Virus record (IMG/VR): IMGVR_UViG_3300032279_000442
Location: 1-45,069 of that record
Reading direction: 5' to 3' (one strand)
Length of the DNA stretch: 45,069 bases
Source: a virus
Taxonomy: Duplodnaviria; Caudoviricetes
Shown: positions 27,665 through 37,571 of the stretch, piece by piece
Position numbering within the stretch: position 1 is the stretch's first letter
How the letters are laid out: the number at the start of each line of letters is the position of its first letter
Program-made: the position numbers and the translations under genes
The notes under the pieces: generated by a model
What the model was told of the DNA's origin: nothing
Databases searched by the model: none
Seen by the model: the letters and a program-made list of their open reading frames with translations, nothing else

Positions 27665-27903
27665 ACGAACTCGCCAGATACTTTGACATCGGGCTCAAAA
27701 TAGCCAGCACTGTTGCGCTTCTTGCAGTTGCGCTTCTCGGAACAAAATTTGTTACCAAAGAGGAGTTTAGAGACGCAAACACGCGAATCGAGAAGATCGA
27801 GGCTGTCCTTATCCGCATGGAACAGAACGCCGTAACGGACGCTAGGCACGATAATATCCTCAACGACCACGAAAACCGCATCCGCACGCTCGAACGCCAA
27901 TGA
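27661..27903 (+). CDS. Single-TM coiled-coil protein (lysis accessory; possible i-spanin or holin-like)
   Basis: N-terminal TM segment, then a coiled coil ending DHENRIRTLE; first gene of the lysis cluster. Confidence 0.55.
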   Translation: MNELARYFDIGLKIASTVALLAVALLGTKFVTKEEFRDANTRIEKIEAVLIRMEQNAVTDARHDNILNDHENRIRTLERQ

Positions 27904-28124
27904 ATAAACTCCTACTATTTTGTATCACATTAGTATTTACCGGCTGTGTCAGTATCCCCATCCCGCCGATTGGCGATCGGGTAGGGGAATTAGGCAACCT
28001 CAAACTCAGCGTCAAAGTCGCCTACGAGCCCAAATTTTCCCCCGAACGACCGCCGAGTGATTCCATGGCTTTTGCCTGGGAGCAATTCGGCTTAACGCAA
28101 CCCAAACTGTTAAAAGACAAATGA
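27900..28124 (+). CDS. Lipoprotein (possible o-spanin)
   Basis: Signal peptide with lipobox LVFTG-C, Pro-rich mature part. Confidence 0.6.
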   Translation: MNKLLLFCITLVFTGCVSIPIPPIGDRVGELGNLKLSVKVAYEPKFSPERPPSDSMAFAWEQFGLTQPKLLKDK

Positions 28125-28291
28125 AAATCGTAAACATCGTCATCGAACGGCTTAGTGAAAATTCCACCTGGCGCGGCATTATCCTCGTCGTCACGGCCCT
28201 AGGGCTTCGTTTGGAGCCAGAGCTTCAAAATCAAATCGTCGCCGCTGGCCTCTCGCTTGTTGGCCTCATCAACATCGTTCGCAAGGGTTAA
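28121..28291 (+). CDS. Putative holin (56 aa, absent from the ORF track)
   Basis: Hand translation MKIVNIVIERLSENSTWRGIILVVTALGLRLEPELQNQIVAAGLSLVGLINIVRKG: two hydrophobic segments, immediately before the endolysin. Confidence 0.7.
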   Translation: MKIVNIVIERLSENSTWRGIILVVTALGLRLEPELQNQIVAAGLSLVGLINIVRKG

Positions 28292-28846
28292 GTGACGAGC
28301 GATCAAATCCAACGGATGCAGCGCCGGATCGGCGTCGTGCCGGACGGGTTCTGGGGCCCCAAGTCCCAGGCCCGTTGCCGCGAGCATTTGCGCTCGCTGA
28401 TGCCGAGTCCGAACCCATGGCCACACTCCACGCAAGCGGCGCTGCGTGAGTTCTACGGGGAGCCTGGGGATGAATCGAACCTCGTCACAATCGAGTTCCC
28501 GTTTCCTATGTATTACGACGGGAAGCTCGTGAAAAAATCTCGTTGCCACTTGAAGGTCGCGCCTTCTCTGACGCGGATTCTCCAAGCGATCGGGGATCGC
28601 GAGGTCGTCTACGGCGGTATCTTCAACTTTCGACTAAAACGCGGCGGAAATTCGTTTTCCGTCCACGCTTGGGGGGCGGCAATAGATTTAGACGCCGACG
28701 ACAACACTTTTCGAGACACCTGGCCGCTGAAGGCCGATATGCCCCTAGAGATCATGGAGGCGTTTGCCCGCGAAGGCTGGCAGAGCGCCGGAGCCTTCTG
28801 GGGCTACGATGCCATGCACTTCGAGGCGACCCGCCCTAGGGCTTGA
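28292..28846 (+). CDS. Endolysin, M15 family Zn peptidase with N-terminal peptidoglycan-binding motif
   Basis: QRRIGVVPDGFWGPKS; SVHAWGAAID and DAMHFE. Confidence 0.88.
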   Translation: MTSDQIQRMQRRIGVVPDGFWGPKSQARCREHLRSLMPSPNPWPHSTQAALREFYGEPGDESNLVTIEFPFPMYYDGKLVKKSRCHLKVAPSLTRILQAIGDREVVYGGIFNFRLKRGGNSFSVHAWGAAIDLDADDNTFRDTWPLKADMPLEIMEAFAREGWQSAGAFWGYDAMHFEATRPRA

Positions 28847-28850
28847 ATTT

Positions 28851-29888
28851 ATGCCAAAAAAACAACCCGCAGCTAACAATGTGTGGCAGGAGATCGAACG
28901 CTCCTCCACGACTCGCGCTCACCGCTCCGAGGTGGACGACCTGAAAAAACAGATCTCAAGCTACCAGCAAGCGATCGAAGAGTTGAGCGCCAGCATGGAT
29001 GTGGCTTCTTTACTAAAGGAATCCCCCTCGGGCAACCGCACCTACGCCATCGAGCGCAAAGGCAAATCCTCCACGGAATCCGCGGCGGTGGTGGTGGCGA
29101 GTGATTGGCACTGCGAGGAATCGGTCGATCCCCGCACGGTTTCGCACCTCAACACTTTTAACTTGGAGGTCGCCGATCAACGCATCGAGCGGTTTGCCAA
29201 GTCGGCGATCCGACTCCTCGAAATCCAGCGCGGCGGCTGCGACATCCCGATTTGTATTCTCGCTCTTTTGGGCGATTTGATGTCCGGTTTTATTCACGAG
29301 GAACTGCGGGAGGAGAACGAACTCACTCCCACGCAGACTGTTCTGTGGCTCAAAGAGCGCGTGGCGAAATTCATCAACACCTTCCGTAAAGAGGGGAACT
29401 TCGATCACATCATCATCCCGTGCTCGGTCGGCAACCACGGGCGCACGACGATCAAACCGCGCCATGGCACAAGTTGGAAGAACTCTTACGAATGGCTCCT
29501 TTACAAAATCTTGGAGCAGGAGATCACCGACGGGGTGACATGGGTGATCGGGGAATCATATCACACCTACCTCGATGTCTATGGCAAGACCTTCCGCCTG
29601 CATCATGGGGATGGATTGAAGTTCCAAGGGGGCGTGGGCGGGTTGACCATACCCGTAGAAAAGGCGATTTCCAACTGGAACAAAGGCCGCGTGGCGGACC
29701 TCGATATTTTCGGGCATTGGCATCAAAGCCAACAGAATCCGAAGTGGGTATCGAACGGGAGTCTCATCGGCCACAACGCTTACAGTATCGCCATCAAGGC
29801 TCCCTATGAGCCCCCACAGCAGACGCTCTTTCTTTTCAGTGCGAAGCGCGGACGCACCGGCACCTGGCCCATCTTTTTAGAAGATTAA
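28851..29888 (+). CDS. Calcineurin-like metallophosphoesterase
   Basis: SDWH, LGD, GNHGR, HHGD, GHWH motifs. Confidence 0.88.
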   Translation: MPKKQPAANNVWQEIERSSTTRAHRSEVDDLKKQISSYQQAIEELSASMDVASLLKESPSGNRTYAIERKGKSSTESAAVVVASDWHCEESVDPRTVSHLNTFNLEVADQRIERFAKSAIRLLEIQRGGCDIPICILALLGDLMSGFIHEELREENELTPTQTVLWLKERVAKFINTFRKEGNFDHIIIPCSVGNHGRTTIKPRHGTSWKNSYEWLLYKILEQEITDGVTWVIGESYHTYLDVYGKTFRLHHGDGLKFQGGVGGLTIPVEKAISNWNKGRVADLDIFGHWHQSQQNPKWVSNGSLIGHNAYSIAIKAPYEPPQQTLFLFSAKRGRTGTWPIFLED

Positions 29889-29899
29889 CCCTACAACCT

Positions 29900-30322
29900 A
29901 TGAATCCTTGGAAAGCACTCGTCGTAAAACACAAAGCCAAAAGCGTCAAACCCGTCCCCGAAGGATGGCTGACCCGAGCCCAAGTCGCCGAGAAAATCGG
30001 ATGTGCAGAAAGCCGCGTCAATGAAAACCTTCGCTCCGCCATCAAAGCCAAAGATGTAGTGGTGGACAAATTTCCAATCTGGGATGCGATTGAAGGTAAG
30101 GTGGTCACAATACAATGCTATTCGATTAGCTCTCGCAAACCTGCGGAAGCAGCCCCGACGAAAAGCAAGCCTGGGCGCTGGCCTTTCCCTGTGGGAACCC
30201 AGGTGCGCCGGTATGACGGCGCTGAAACGGGGGTTGTGATTTCTGGCGGACGCATTGAGTGGGCGAACGGACGCATCAGCACGCCCCAGGGGAGTTCCAC
30301 AAAAAAGATTCTCGCGGTGTGA
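29900..30322 (+). CDS. Hypothetical protein with a possible HTH
   Basis: AACCT-ATG start; WLTRAQVAEKIGCAESRV. Confidence 0.65.
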   Translation: MNPWKALVVKHKAKSVKPVPEGWLTRAQVAEKIGCAESRVNENLRSAIKAKDVVVDKFPIWDAIEGKVVTIQCYSISSRKPAEAAPTKSKPGRWPFPVGTQVRRYDGAETGVVISGGRIEWANGRISTPQGSSTKKILAV

Positions 30323-30606
30323 AAAAGACCTCCGGCAGGGTCCGAATCCGTGGGAAGTGGTGGAAAATCGAAATTAAGCGCCTCGCGCCGATTAAGAGAG
30401 ACGGGCAGTGGTCCCCGCTTCACGGGCTCTGCGACTACGCCCAACGGACGATCTACCTCAACCCGCAGTTCAATATGCAAGCTACTCTCCGACATGAAGT
30501 AACCCACGCCTGTCAGCCCGACCTCGACGAGCCCACGGTGGAGGAGATTGAGGACGCCCATGAAAATGCTGATAAAGTTTTTGAAAAATTGGTTGCCGGA
30601 TGTTAA
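30319..30606 (+). CDS. Small HExxH metallopeptidase-like protein
   Basis: GLCDY...IYL...TLRHEVTHA; GTG start overlaps the upstream TGA. Confidence 0.65.
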   Translation: MKKTSGRVRIRGKWWKIEIKRLAPIKRDGQWSPLHGLCDYAQRTIYLNPQFNMQATLRHEVTHACQPDLDEPTVEEIEDAHENADKVFEKLVAGC

Positions 30607-30628
30607 TAACCTTGTAGAATAATAACCC

Positions 30629-31396
30629 ATGTTGCTTGTCATCCCGTTTGCCGAAAAAGCCGTTCCCCTTTACAAACATCTTTTTTCCCTAGGGGGCGTG
30701 GCGATGCACGATGTCCTACTGGTTGGCGGGAACCGCGATGTCGCCGAGATCGAAAACGCGATCAACATTTTGAAAGGAGCTTTTGCGAATGCGGACATCT
30801 TCACGGGCGACCATGTTTACAACTCACGCAACAAGCTCTTTCACGACACGGCGCACTACCTCGACCTCGTGGGCTGCACCGACCCGTGGTATTGGTTCGA
30901 CGAGACTTGTTGCCCTCTGCGCCCTTCGTGGCTGACGGAGATTGCGAAGGAGTATTTCGCCGCAAAGATGCCCTACCTCGGAGCCACTGAGCCGAGCGTG
31001 GAGCGCGACCCTGCCACAGGAAAGATGCGGCAGGAACCCCCGCGGATCATCGCCTCCTCGATCTACCCGCCCGACCTTTACTTGCGCTCCACTCTGATCC
31101 GCCGCTTGGGCTACGGCTCGAAGGAGACGCCGTGGAATGTGCAAATGCGATTCGAGATGCGCCGTGATTCGGCAGTCTCAAAGCTGATTCAAAATCAAGC
31201 GGGCACCTCCGAATACCGCGGCGGTGCGGATGGAAAGTATTTTTTCAAAGAAGCTCCTGGGGTGAACGCCGAACCGATCGCCCCACAGACCGCCGTGATC
31301 GCCGGAGTCGCCGATGGCTCGGTGCTCGAAATCCTCAACCCCAAGCCCAAACCGGCAAAGAAAAAGACTGATGAACCTGAACCACTCTCCGCTTGA
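30629..31396 (+). CDS. Hypothetical protein (possibly glycosyltransferase-like fold)
   Basis: Clear ORF with AACCC-ATG start; WYWFDETCCPLRPSWL...YLG; the fold guess is weak. Confidence 0.55.
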   Translation: MLLVIPFAEKAVPLYKHLFSLGGVAMHDVLLVGGNRDVAEIENAINILKGAFANADIFTGDHVYNSRNKLFHDTAHYLDLVGCTDPWYWFDETCCPLRPSWLTEIAKEYFAAKMPYLGATEPSVERDPATGKMRQEPPRIIASSIYPPDLYLRSTLIRRLGYGSKETPWNVQMRFEMRRDSAVSKLIQNQAGTSEYRGGADGKYFFKEAPGVNAEPIAPQTAVIAGVADGSVLEILNPKPKPAKKKTDEPEPLSA

Positions 31397-33701
31397 ACTG
31401 AAGGGGCTTGACCCCGTGACCGGCGAAGTCCCGTGCGCCCGTGTGGGCGATGTGGACGCCGCCCGCTCGATTTACCTCTCGCTCAAAAAAGCCGACGAGG
31501 GCAGCAGCCGCAACCGCGCTCTGATCGACGGGATGTTCAACGGAGCGCCGCCCTTCAACGCCAACGACCTCAAAGAAGTCGGGCAGGGGGAGCGCACGAA
31601 CTTGGATTTTGGCGAAGCTGCCGCGCTCAAGGACCAAGCCCTCGCGGGCTACTACGACTTGACGAACTCGGTCGATATGCTCGCCCGCGTTCGCACCACC
31701 TACGGAAGCCCCGAGCAAGCCGCCGAGTGGGGCGAGATCATCGGCGAGGAGTTCCACCGCACCCTGCGTGGATGGAGCGAGTTTGAATTCAACCACCAGC
31801 GGCTCTCGGATTTTTTTGTGACCCATGGGGTCGGGGTCGCGTATTTCGAGGACGAACTCGATTGGCGCTGGCGCGTAACGGGGCTCAATGAATTTCGCAT
31901 CCCCCGAGGCACACGAGCCAGCGAGGCCGAGATCGAAGTCGCTACGGTGGACCGTGAATACCGCTCCGACGAGCTTTACGGATTTATTCGCGACCCCGAA
32001 ATTGCCGCGTCCCTAGGGTGGGATGTCGCCACGGTCAAAGAAGCTCTCAAGCGGGCTTGCGCCCAAGACACCACGACCTCCCTAGGGGACTGGGAGAAAT
32101 TGGAGGTAGAGCTAAAAAACAACGACATCCTTTACGGCACGGCCAAGAGCAAGGTCGTGAAGGTCGTTCATATGTGGGTGAAGGAATTTTGCGGGTGCGT
32201 CTCGCATTTGATTTTCCTGCAAGAGCCTCTTCCCACTGATGTCGGCGCGATGAAAGAGAGTTTTCTTTACCGAAAAGAAAAGCGGTTCGACTCCCCGACG
32301 CAGTGCTGGGTGACTTTTACCTACGGCGTCGGTAACGGCACCTACCACGGCATCCGCGGGCTGGGCTTCAAAATCTACCCGCACATCCAAGTCTTGAACC
32401 GCCTGCGTTGCGGCATGGTGGATGGGGCGCTCCTCTCCTCCTCGCTCATCGTGCAGCCAAGCGATAGCAGCACCCGCGCTCTCGATGACCTGACGCTCAC
32501 CTACTACGGCCCCTACGCCCTCTTCCCGCCTGGCTTGAAGATCGTTGATAAAGCCGTGCCGAACCTTCAGCAGAACATCATCCCCGTCATCAACGACATG
32601 GCGATGCAGATGAGCAACAACACGGGGGCCTACCAGACTCGCGCCAACACGGGCGACAGCAACCAAGCCCGCACCGCCTACGAGGTGAAAGCGCAACTGC
32701 AAAAGGAAGCCGTGCTCTCGAATGCTTCGATCAATTTGTTCTACCATCCTTGGAAGCGGATTCTCACCGAGGTCTTCCGCCGTCTCACCCGCCGCGATTA
32801 CAACGCTCGCGAACCAGGTGGAAAGGAAGCCGTTGAGTTCCGCAAACGCCTTCTCAAACGCGGCGTGCCCGAGGAAGCGATTCACCGCGTCATCAATGTC
32901 GAGCCTGTGCGAGCGATCGGCTATGGAAGCCCCGCGATGCGAATGGCGGCGATCGACGAAACCATGTCGATCTTCGGGAGCCTCGATGAAATGGGGCGCA
33001 TCAACCTGCTTCGCGACCGCATTGCGGCTCGTTTCGGGCAAGAAGTGGTGGACCGCTACCTCCCTTCGCCAGAGACAGGACTCCGCCCGCCGATCGACAT
33101 GAAGATCGCGATTTTGGAGAACTCCACGATGGTCGATGGGAATGGGATTCCGGTATCCCCTGGGGAGAATCACTTCCTCCACGCACAGTCGCATCTCCAA
33201 GCCCTCGACAGCATCGAAGCTGCTACAGTGCAAGGGCAGAACAACCCTCAAGAGGCGCTCATGGCGATGCAGTTGATGATCCCGCATTTAGGGGATCACC
33301 TCTCGCAACTCGGCTCCGACCTCGTTCGCAAGGACCAAGTGGCGATGATGCGCCAAAGATACCAGCAGCTTTCCGCCACGGCGAAGCGGGTTCAAGACGA
33401 GTTGCAATCGCAAATGGAGAACCAGCAGAAAGCCCAGCAGGCCGAAGCCGAGCGGCAGCAAACCGCGCTCATGGCCGAGTATCAAGCAATGCAGCAAAAG
33501 CTCGCGGAGAGCCAGCAACTCAGCCCCGAGGCCCAGCAACGCCTGATGGAGCGACAAGTCGAGTTGCAAATGAAAATGGAGCGCCACCAAGCCGACCTGA
33601 AAATGAAAGACGAGCAAACCATTCAGAAGCTCGCCCTCAAGGACGCCGAGACCGCCGCCAAAATCCGATCCATGTCCCCGACAACCGTTCCTCCACAATG
33701 A
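31371..33701 (+). CDS. Portal (head-to-tail connector) protein
   Basis: About 776 aa, upstream of scaffold and capsid; RTAYEV motif and Q-rich coiled-coil C-terminus as in podovirus portals. Confidence 0.8.
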   Translation: MNLNHSPLELKGLDPVTGEVPCARVGDVDAARSIYLSLKKADEGSSRNRALIDGMFNGAPPFNANDLKEVGQGERTNLDFGEAAALKDQALAGYYDLTNSVDMLARVRTTYGSPEQAAEWGEIIGEEFHRTLRGWSEFEFNHQRLSDFFVTHGVGVAYFEDELDWRWRVTGLNEFRIPRGTRASEAEIEVATVDREYRSDELYGFIRDPEIAASLGWDVATVKEALKRACAQDTTTSLGDWEKLEVELKNNDILYGTAKSKVVKVVHMWVKEFCGCVSHLIFLQEPLPTDVGAMKESFLYRKEKRFDSPTQCWVTFTYGVGNGTYHGIRGLGFKIYPHIQVLNRLRCGMVDGALLSSSLIVQPSDSSTRALDDLTLTYYGPYALFPPGLKIVDKAVPNLQQNIIPVINDMAMQMSNNTGAYQTRANTGDSNQARTAYEVKAQLQKEAVLSNASINLFYHPWKRILTEVFRRLTRRDYNAREPGGKEAVEFRKRLLKRGVPEEAIHRVINVEPVRAIGYGSPAMRMAAIDETMSIFGSLDEMGRINLLRDRIAARFGQEVVDRYLPSPETGLRPPIDMKIAILENSTMVDGNGIPVSPGENHFLHAQSHLQALDSIEAATVQGQNNPQEALMAMQLMIPHLGDHLSQLGSDLVRKDQVAMMRQRYQQLSATAKRVQDELQSQMENQQKAQQAEAERQQTALMAEYQAMQQKLAESQQLSPEAQQRLMERQVELQMKMERHQADLKMKDEQTIQKLALKDAETAAKIRSMSPTTVPPQ

Positions 33702-33916
33702 GAAACTACCGCAAAGAATACGACGACTATCACGCCCGCCCTGATCAGAAGAAGAAACGGGCGAACCGCAACGCCGCTCGCCGAAAGCTCGCAAGTCAAG
33801 GGCGGGTAAAAAAAGGCGACGGGATGGATGTCCACCACAAGGATGGAAACCCTCTCAACAACAGTCCTGGCAACCTGCAAGCCCTGCGGGCGAAGGTCAA
33901 CCGCTCCTTGAAATAA
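33698..33916 (+). CDS. Small HNH endonuclease-like protein
   Basis: RNYRKEY...KGDGMDVHHKDGNPLNN..GNL...NRS. Confidence 0.8.
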   Translation: MRNYRKEYDDYHARPDQKKKRANRNAARRKLASQGRVKKGDGMDVHHKDGNPLNNSPGNLQALRAKVNRSLK

Positions 33917-34153
33917 ATGCCGACCGCCCTAGATATGGCAAAAAGTCTGCTCACCGAGACTGCGAAGTGGGCCAAGAAAGGCTTCAAGCTCGCTTCGGGT
34001 GAAGTCATCACGAAGCGATTCGAGCAGTGCCAAGCGTGTCCGTTTTGGAACTCGAAAGCGTGGGGCGGCTCCGGCAAATGCACGGTCTGCGGTTGCTCGA
34101 CCAAGGCCAAGCTCTTTCTCGAAACCTCCAAGTGTCCTAAAAATAAATGGTAA
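33917..34153 (+). CDS. Small Cys-rich Zn-binding protein
   Basis: R...CQACP...CTVCGC...K...CPKNKW. Confidence 0.75.
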   Translation: MPTALDMAKSLLTETAKWAKKGFKLASGEVITKRFEQCQACPFWNSKAWGGSGKCTVCGCSTKAKLFLETSKCPKNKW

Positions 34154-34434
34154 CTATTGAAACCTTCCGCTCCAGCGAGGTGCTTACGAGCGCCTTTGCT
34201 GAACTATTGAAACGCCCCGAGATGAAAGCTGCCGTCGAGGCGCTACGCCATTTGGGGTGCCCTAGGGAGATCGCCCCTCCGACCGGCGTGGGGTTCTCGG
34301 AATGGAACTCGCACCAGAACACCCGCTTCGAGGGGTTCAATCAAGCGATCGACGCCCTTCTCGCCCTCGGCGTGCCAACCAAGCCGCGCAAGAGCGACAG
34401 CGACCTTATGCCCACCCTCGAACCCGAGGATTGA
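34147..34434 (+). CDS. Hypothetical protein
   Basis: ORF between portal and scaffold, tightly packed. Confidence 0.65.
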   Translation: MVTIETFRSSEVLTSAFAELLKRPEMKAAVEALRHLGCPREIAPPTGVGFSEWNSHQNTRFEGFNQAIDALLALGVPTKPRKSDSDLMPTLEPED

Positions 34435-34437
34435 TTT

Positions 34438-35667
34438 ATGTCAGACAACACCACCACCGACACACCGACAGAAACAGCCCCGCCGCAAGAAGGCGAAAAC
34501 CTTCAAGCCAAGGGGGGAACCATGGACTTCGATGCCGCCGCAAGTATTGCGGATGCGTTTGCGAAGCTCAAAGATGGCGATGCCGCTCCTGCGGAGCCCA
34601 CAGGGTCAACCAACCACTCAGGAAAAAAAGGCGTCGAAGGCGAGCCAGGAAAACCCGAGGCCGAGGAGAAAGCTGAAGTCAAAGTGCCTACCTCCAGCGA
34701 CCTCGCTAAACTTCGCGGGAAAATAAAAGAAGCCCCTGCCGACTCCGAACCCGCCGAGGAGAAAGGGTTGGAGAATGCCAGCGACAACGCGAAGAACGCG
34801 TTCGCCTCCATGCGTAAAGACCTGAAAGCCGAGCGGGAAAAAGCCGCGGCGCTGGAAGCCAAGCTCTCCGAGCTTCAAAAACTCCGTGCCGAAACCGACC
34901 CCGAGGAAGTGCAGCGACTTCGCCAAATCAACGACGAGTATGAGCGCGAGCTACAAATCTCACGGGTCGAAGCGACCAAGGAGTTCAAAGACGCGGTTGT
35001 GCTGCCCATGCAAAACATCCGCGAGTCCCTGGGGCGCATCGCCTCGAAATACGAGGTCTCCGAGTCCGAAATCTTGAATGCGTTTTCCGAGTCCGACGCC
35101 AGCGTTCGCGCTGACAAACTCAGCGACCTCGCGGCAGGGATGAACGATCGCGACAAATTTTCGCTCTACGATTTGGAGTCGAAATTCAACAAGGTGCAAA
35201 GCACCCGCGAGCGGGTCGTGAATAACGCCAAACTTGCGCTTGAAAGAATCGAACAGCACCGTGAGGAGCAATCCAAAGTCCAGCGTGAGGAATACACCAA
35301 ACGCTATGGGCATATCGTGGACAAAGTCTTGCAAGAGGCTATTGAAGCGGTGCCCCTCCTTCGACCGATTGAAGGCGACGACGAGTGGAATAATCAACTG
35401 GCTGAAGCGGAAAAATTTACCCGTGAAGTAAATTTTGACACCCTCAACGAGGACACTCGCGCCCGCGTGGCGTTGCGTTCCGCGGTGGCCCCGATCATCT
35501 ACGGGCAATTCGTAAATCTCTATAACAAGTATCAGGAACTTGAGAAGTCCCTGGAGAAATACCAGAAAGCCACCCCCAAGGCGGGCGGCGGCGGAAGCGC
35601 CCCAGCGGCCCCAGCCAAAGAGGAGTTCGAGGATTTCATGTCGGCGCTTAAAGCCAATCTGCGCTAA
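34438..35667 (+). CDS. Putative capsid scaffolding protein
   Basis: Acidic disordered N-terminus, long coiled coil, directly upstream of the capsid gene. Confidence 0.7.
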   Translation: MSDNTTTDTPTETAPPQEGENLQAKGGTMDFDAAASIADAFAKLKDGDAAPAEPTGSTNHSGKKGVEGEPGKPEAEEKAEVKVPTSSDLAKLRGKIKEAPADSEPAEEKGLENASDNAKNAFASMRKDLKAEREKAAALEAKLSELQKLRAETDPEEVQRLRQINDEYERELQISRVEATKEFKDAVVLPMQNIRESLGRIASKYEVSESEILNAFSESDASVRADKLSDLAAGMNDRDKFSLYDLESKFNKVQSTRERVVNNAKLALERIEQHREEQSKVQREEYTKRYGHIVDKVLQEAIEAVPLLRPIEGDDEWNNQLAEAEKFTREVNFDTLNEDTRARVALRSAVAPIIYGQFVNLYNKYQELEKSLEKYQKATPKAGGGGSAPAAPAKEEFEDFMSALKANLR

Positions 35668-35688
35668 AAGCGTAGCTTCCCCCTCCCC

Positions 35689-35730
35689 AAACCCCACAGG
35701 GACTTGGTCTCTGTGGGGTTTTTCTTTTTT
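35689..35730 (+). terminator. Rho-independent terminator
   Basis: AAACCCCACAGGGAC / GTCTCTGTGGGGTTT stem followed by a T-tract. Confidence 0.85.
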
Positions 35731-35907
35731 CGCAACTCTTTGAAAATTGTCTATTGACTTTGCGAGGTTGCTGGGTTATTACATTCCTGACGCTGCTTGC
35801 AGGCGGTAACTGCATGGACATTTTTTGCGCGTAGTTCCGACCCCCGCACGGAAAAAACAACGAGGTGTAACAACCTCACAACACAACCTTCTGTTTTTTC
35901 TATTCCT

Positions 35908-37239
35908 ATGGCAGCATTACAAAATATCGAACAACTTTTCGTAGAGTGGGGCGGTCTCATCCGCAACAATGTCGCGAAGAACATCGTAACCTCCGACTTC
36001 TACCTCAAATATCTTCCTAAAGATAAGTGGGTGGATGGTCAGGGCAACGCAGTCAGCTATCCTATTTTCGAGCGTTCGCTTTCCAGCGCCGCGGTCTCGA
36101 CTCCAGGTGGCGTGATTTTTGAGAACTGGACCTCCTCGGGCGGCGATGGCGACAACGCCACCAAGAGCGGCACCTACACCGCTTCCCCGAACAACTCCAA
36201 CCTCATTGGAGCCAACGGCGGACCCCTCCCTCGCACGGGTATGCTCGGCGGCGGAAGCCAAATCGTCGGTCAGAAGATCGACTCTTTCGGCGTGACCGTT
36301 CGCACGATGAGCCTCAAAAAGGCGGCTCTCAACAGCCCCGACATCAACCTCGATGACCTCCAATTCGCTTGGCAGGTCGAGGACCAGGTCAAGAATGTGA
36401 TCCGCGTCCTTTCCGAGAACACCAAGTATGTCTGGACCAACACTTATCAGGACGAATATGTCAACGCCTGCGGCCAAAAATCCGTGGCGGTGTCAAACTT
36501 CGACCCTAACACATCTGTTTTCGCTGCCACTCCGGCGACCTCGAAGCTCACCTGGGGCATCCTCGAAGCAATTTATGAGCAACTCGGCTACAACGGCGGG
36601 TCGATCAACCCGTTCGCTCGCGTGGACGAGATGACTCCGATCTACGCCGCGGTCGGCGAGCGTTACACCTTCAGTGATCTGAAGCGCCAAGACGCCAATG
36701 TTCGTGACGACTATCGTTACGCTTACATGGGCAGCGGCGACAGCAATCCAATGATGGCTGCTCCTGGTTTGAACACCATCACTCGCGGCTTCAAATTCTT
36801 CACCGTGGAGCTTCCTCCGCGCTACGAGTTTGACGCTGTGGCTGGTGCCTGGGTCCGTGTGTTCCCATACGAGCCAATCGCGACCTCGCGTGGAATGCGT
36901 TGGGAGATCAGCGCCCGTTACAAGGCCGCTCCTTACACCGACACGGTGATTTACCATCAGGATGTGATGAAAGTCCTCACTCCTTCGCCCCGCACGAGCA
37001 AGGGCGGCATGACCTACAACCCATCTTATAGCTGGGCTGGCGAGTTCGTGTGGAGGAACATCCCTGACCGCGAGAGCAACATCGACGGTTCGACCGGCTT
37101 CTTCCGTGCGCTCTATGCCTACGGCTCGAAAGTCGAGCGCCCCGAGTTGGGCTTTGTGGTTCGCCACCTCCGTTGCGTGGATCGTGCAACCGATCTCACC
37201 GACTGCGACGGCGACGCTGTCTGCCCTCCGACTCCCTGA
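35908..37239 (+). CDS. Major capsid protein
   Basis: 443 aa after the scaffold, with its own leader region and a downstream hairpin; assignment mostly from synteny and size. Confidence 0.75.
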   Translation: MAALQNIEQLFVEWGGLIRNNVAKNIVTSDFYLKYLPKDKWVDGQGNAVSYPIFERSLSSAAVSTPGGVIFENWTSSGGDGDNATKSGTYTASPNNSNLIGANGGPLPRTGMLGGGSQIVGQKIDSFGVTVRTMSLKKAALNSPDINLDDLQFAWQVEDQVKNVIRVLSENTKYVWTNTYQDEYVNACGQKSVAVSNFDPNTSVFAATPATSKLTWGILEAIYEQLGYNGGSINPFARVDEMTPIYAAVGERYTFSDLKRQDANVRDDYRYAYMGSGDSNPMMAAPGLNTITRGFKFFTVELPPRYEFDAVAGAWVRVFPYEPIATSRGMRWEISARYKAAPYTDTVIYHQDVMKVLTPSPRTSKGGMTYNPSYSWAGEFVWRNIPDRESNIDGSTGFFRALYAYGSKVERPELGFVVRHLRCVDRATDLTDCDGDAVCPPTP

Positions 37240-37258
37240 GTAGGTAAGCCCTCAAACA

Positions 37259-37288
37259 CCGCCTCCTTGCCCTAGGGCGAGGGGGCGG
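37259..37288 (+). terminator. GC-rich hairpin after the capsid gene (probable terminator)
   Basis: CCGCCTCCTTGCC / GGCGAGGGGGCGG stem centred on CCCTAGGG; weak T-tract. Confidence 0.55.
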
Positions 37289-37322
37289 AATTGAGGTTTT
37301 ACAATCAACCCAAACAAACACC

Positions 37323-37565
37323 ATGGTTAAATTCCCGATGCCGGAAGGCTACACACTCCCCGAGGGCGCTGACAAAGGCACCTTCGAGGCTCTTGCAACT
37401 TTGGAAGTCGATGGCGAAAGTCTCGTGCTTACCGCGATCGACGGGCTCCCTGTCGGCGGTGAGGGCGAGACGGAAGAAACCGAAGAAGACGAGTCCTACT
37501 CTGAAGCGACCGATCCCAACACGGGGGATTTCCAAAAAGCCGTAATGATGGGCATGGGACAGTAA
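37323..37565 (+). CDS. Small acidic hypothetical protein
   Basis: 80-aa ORF with AAACACC-ATG start. Confidence 0.7.
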   Translation: MVKFPMPEGYTLPEGADKGTFEALATLEVDGESLVLTAIDGLPVGGEGETEETEEDESYSEATDPNTGDFQKAVMMGMGQ

Positions 37566-37571
37566 CGCCCT

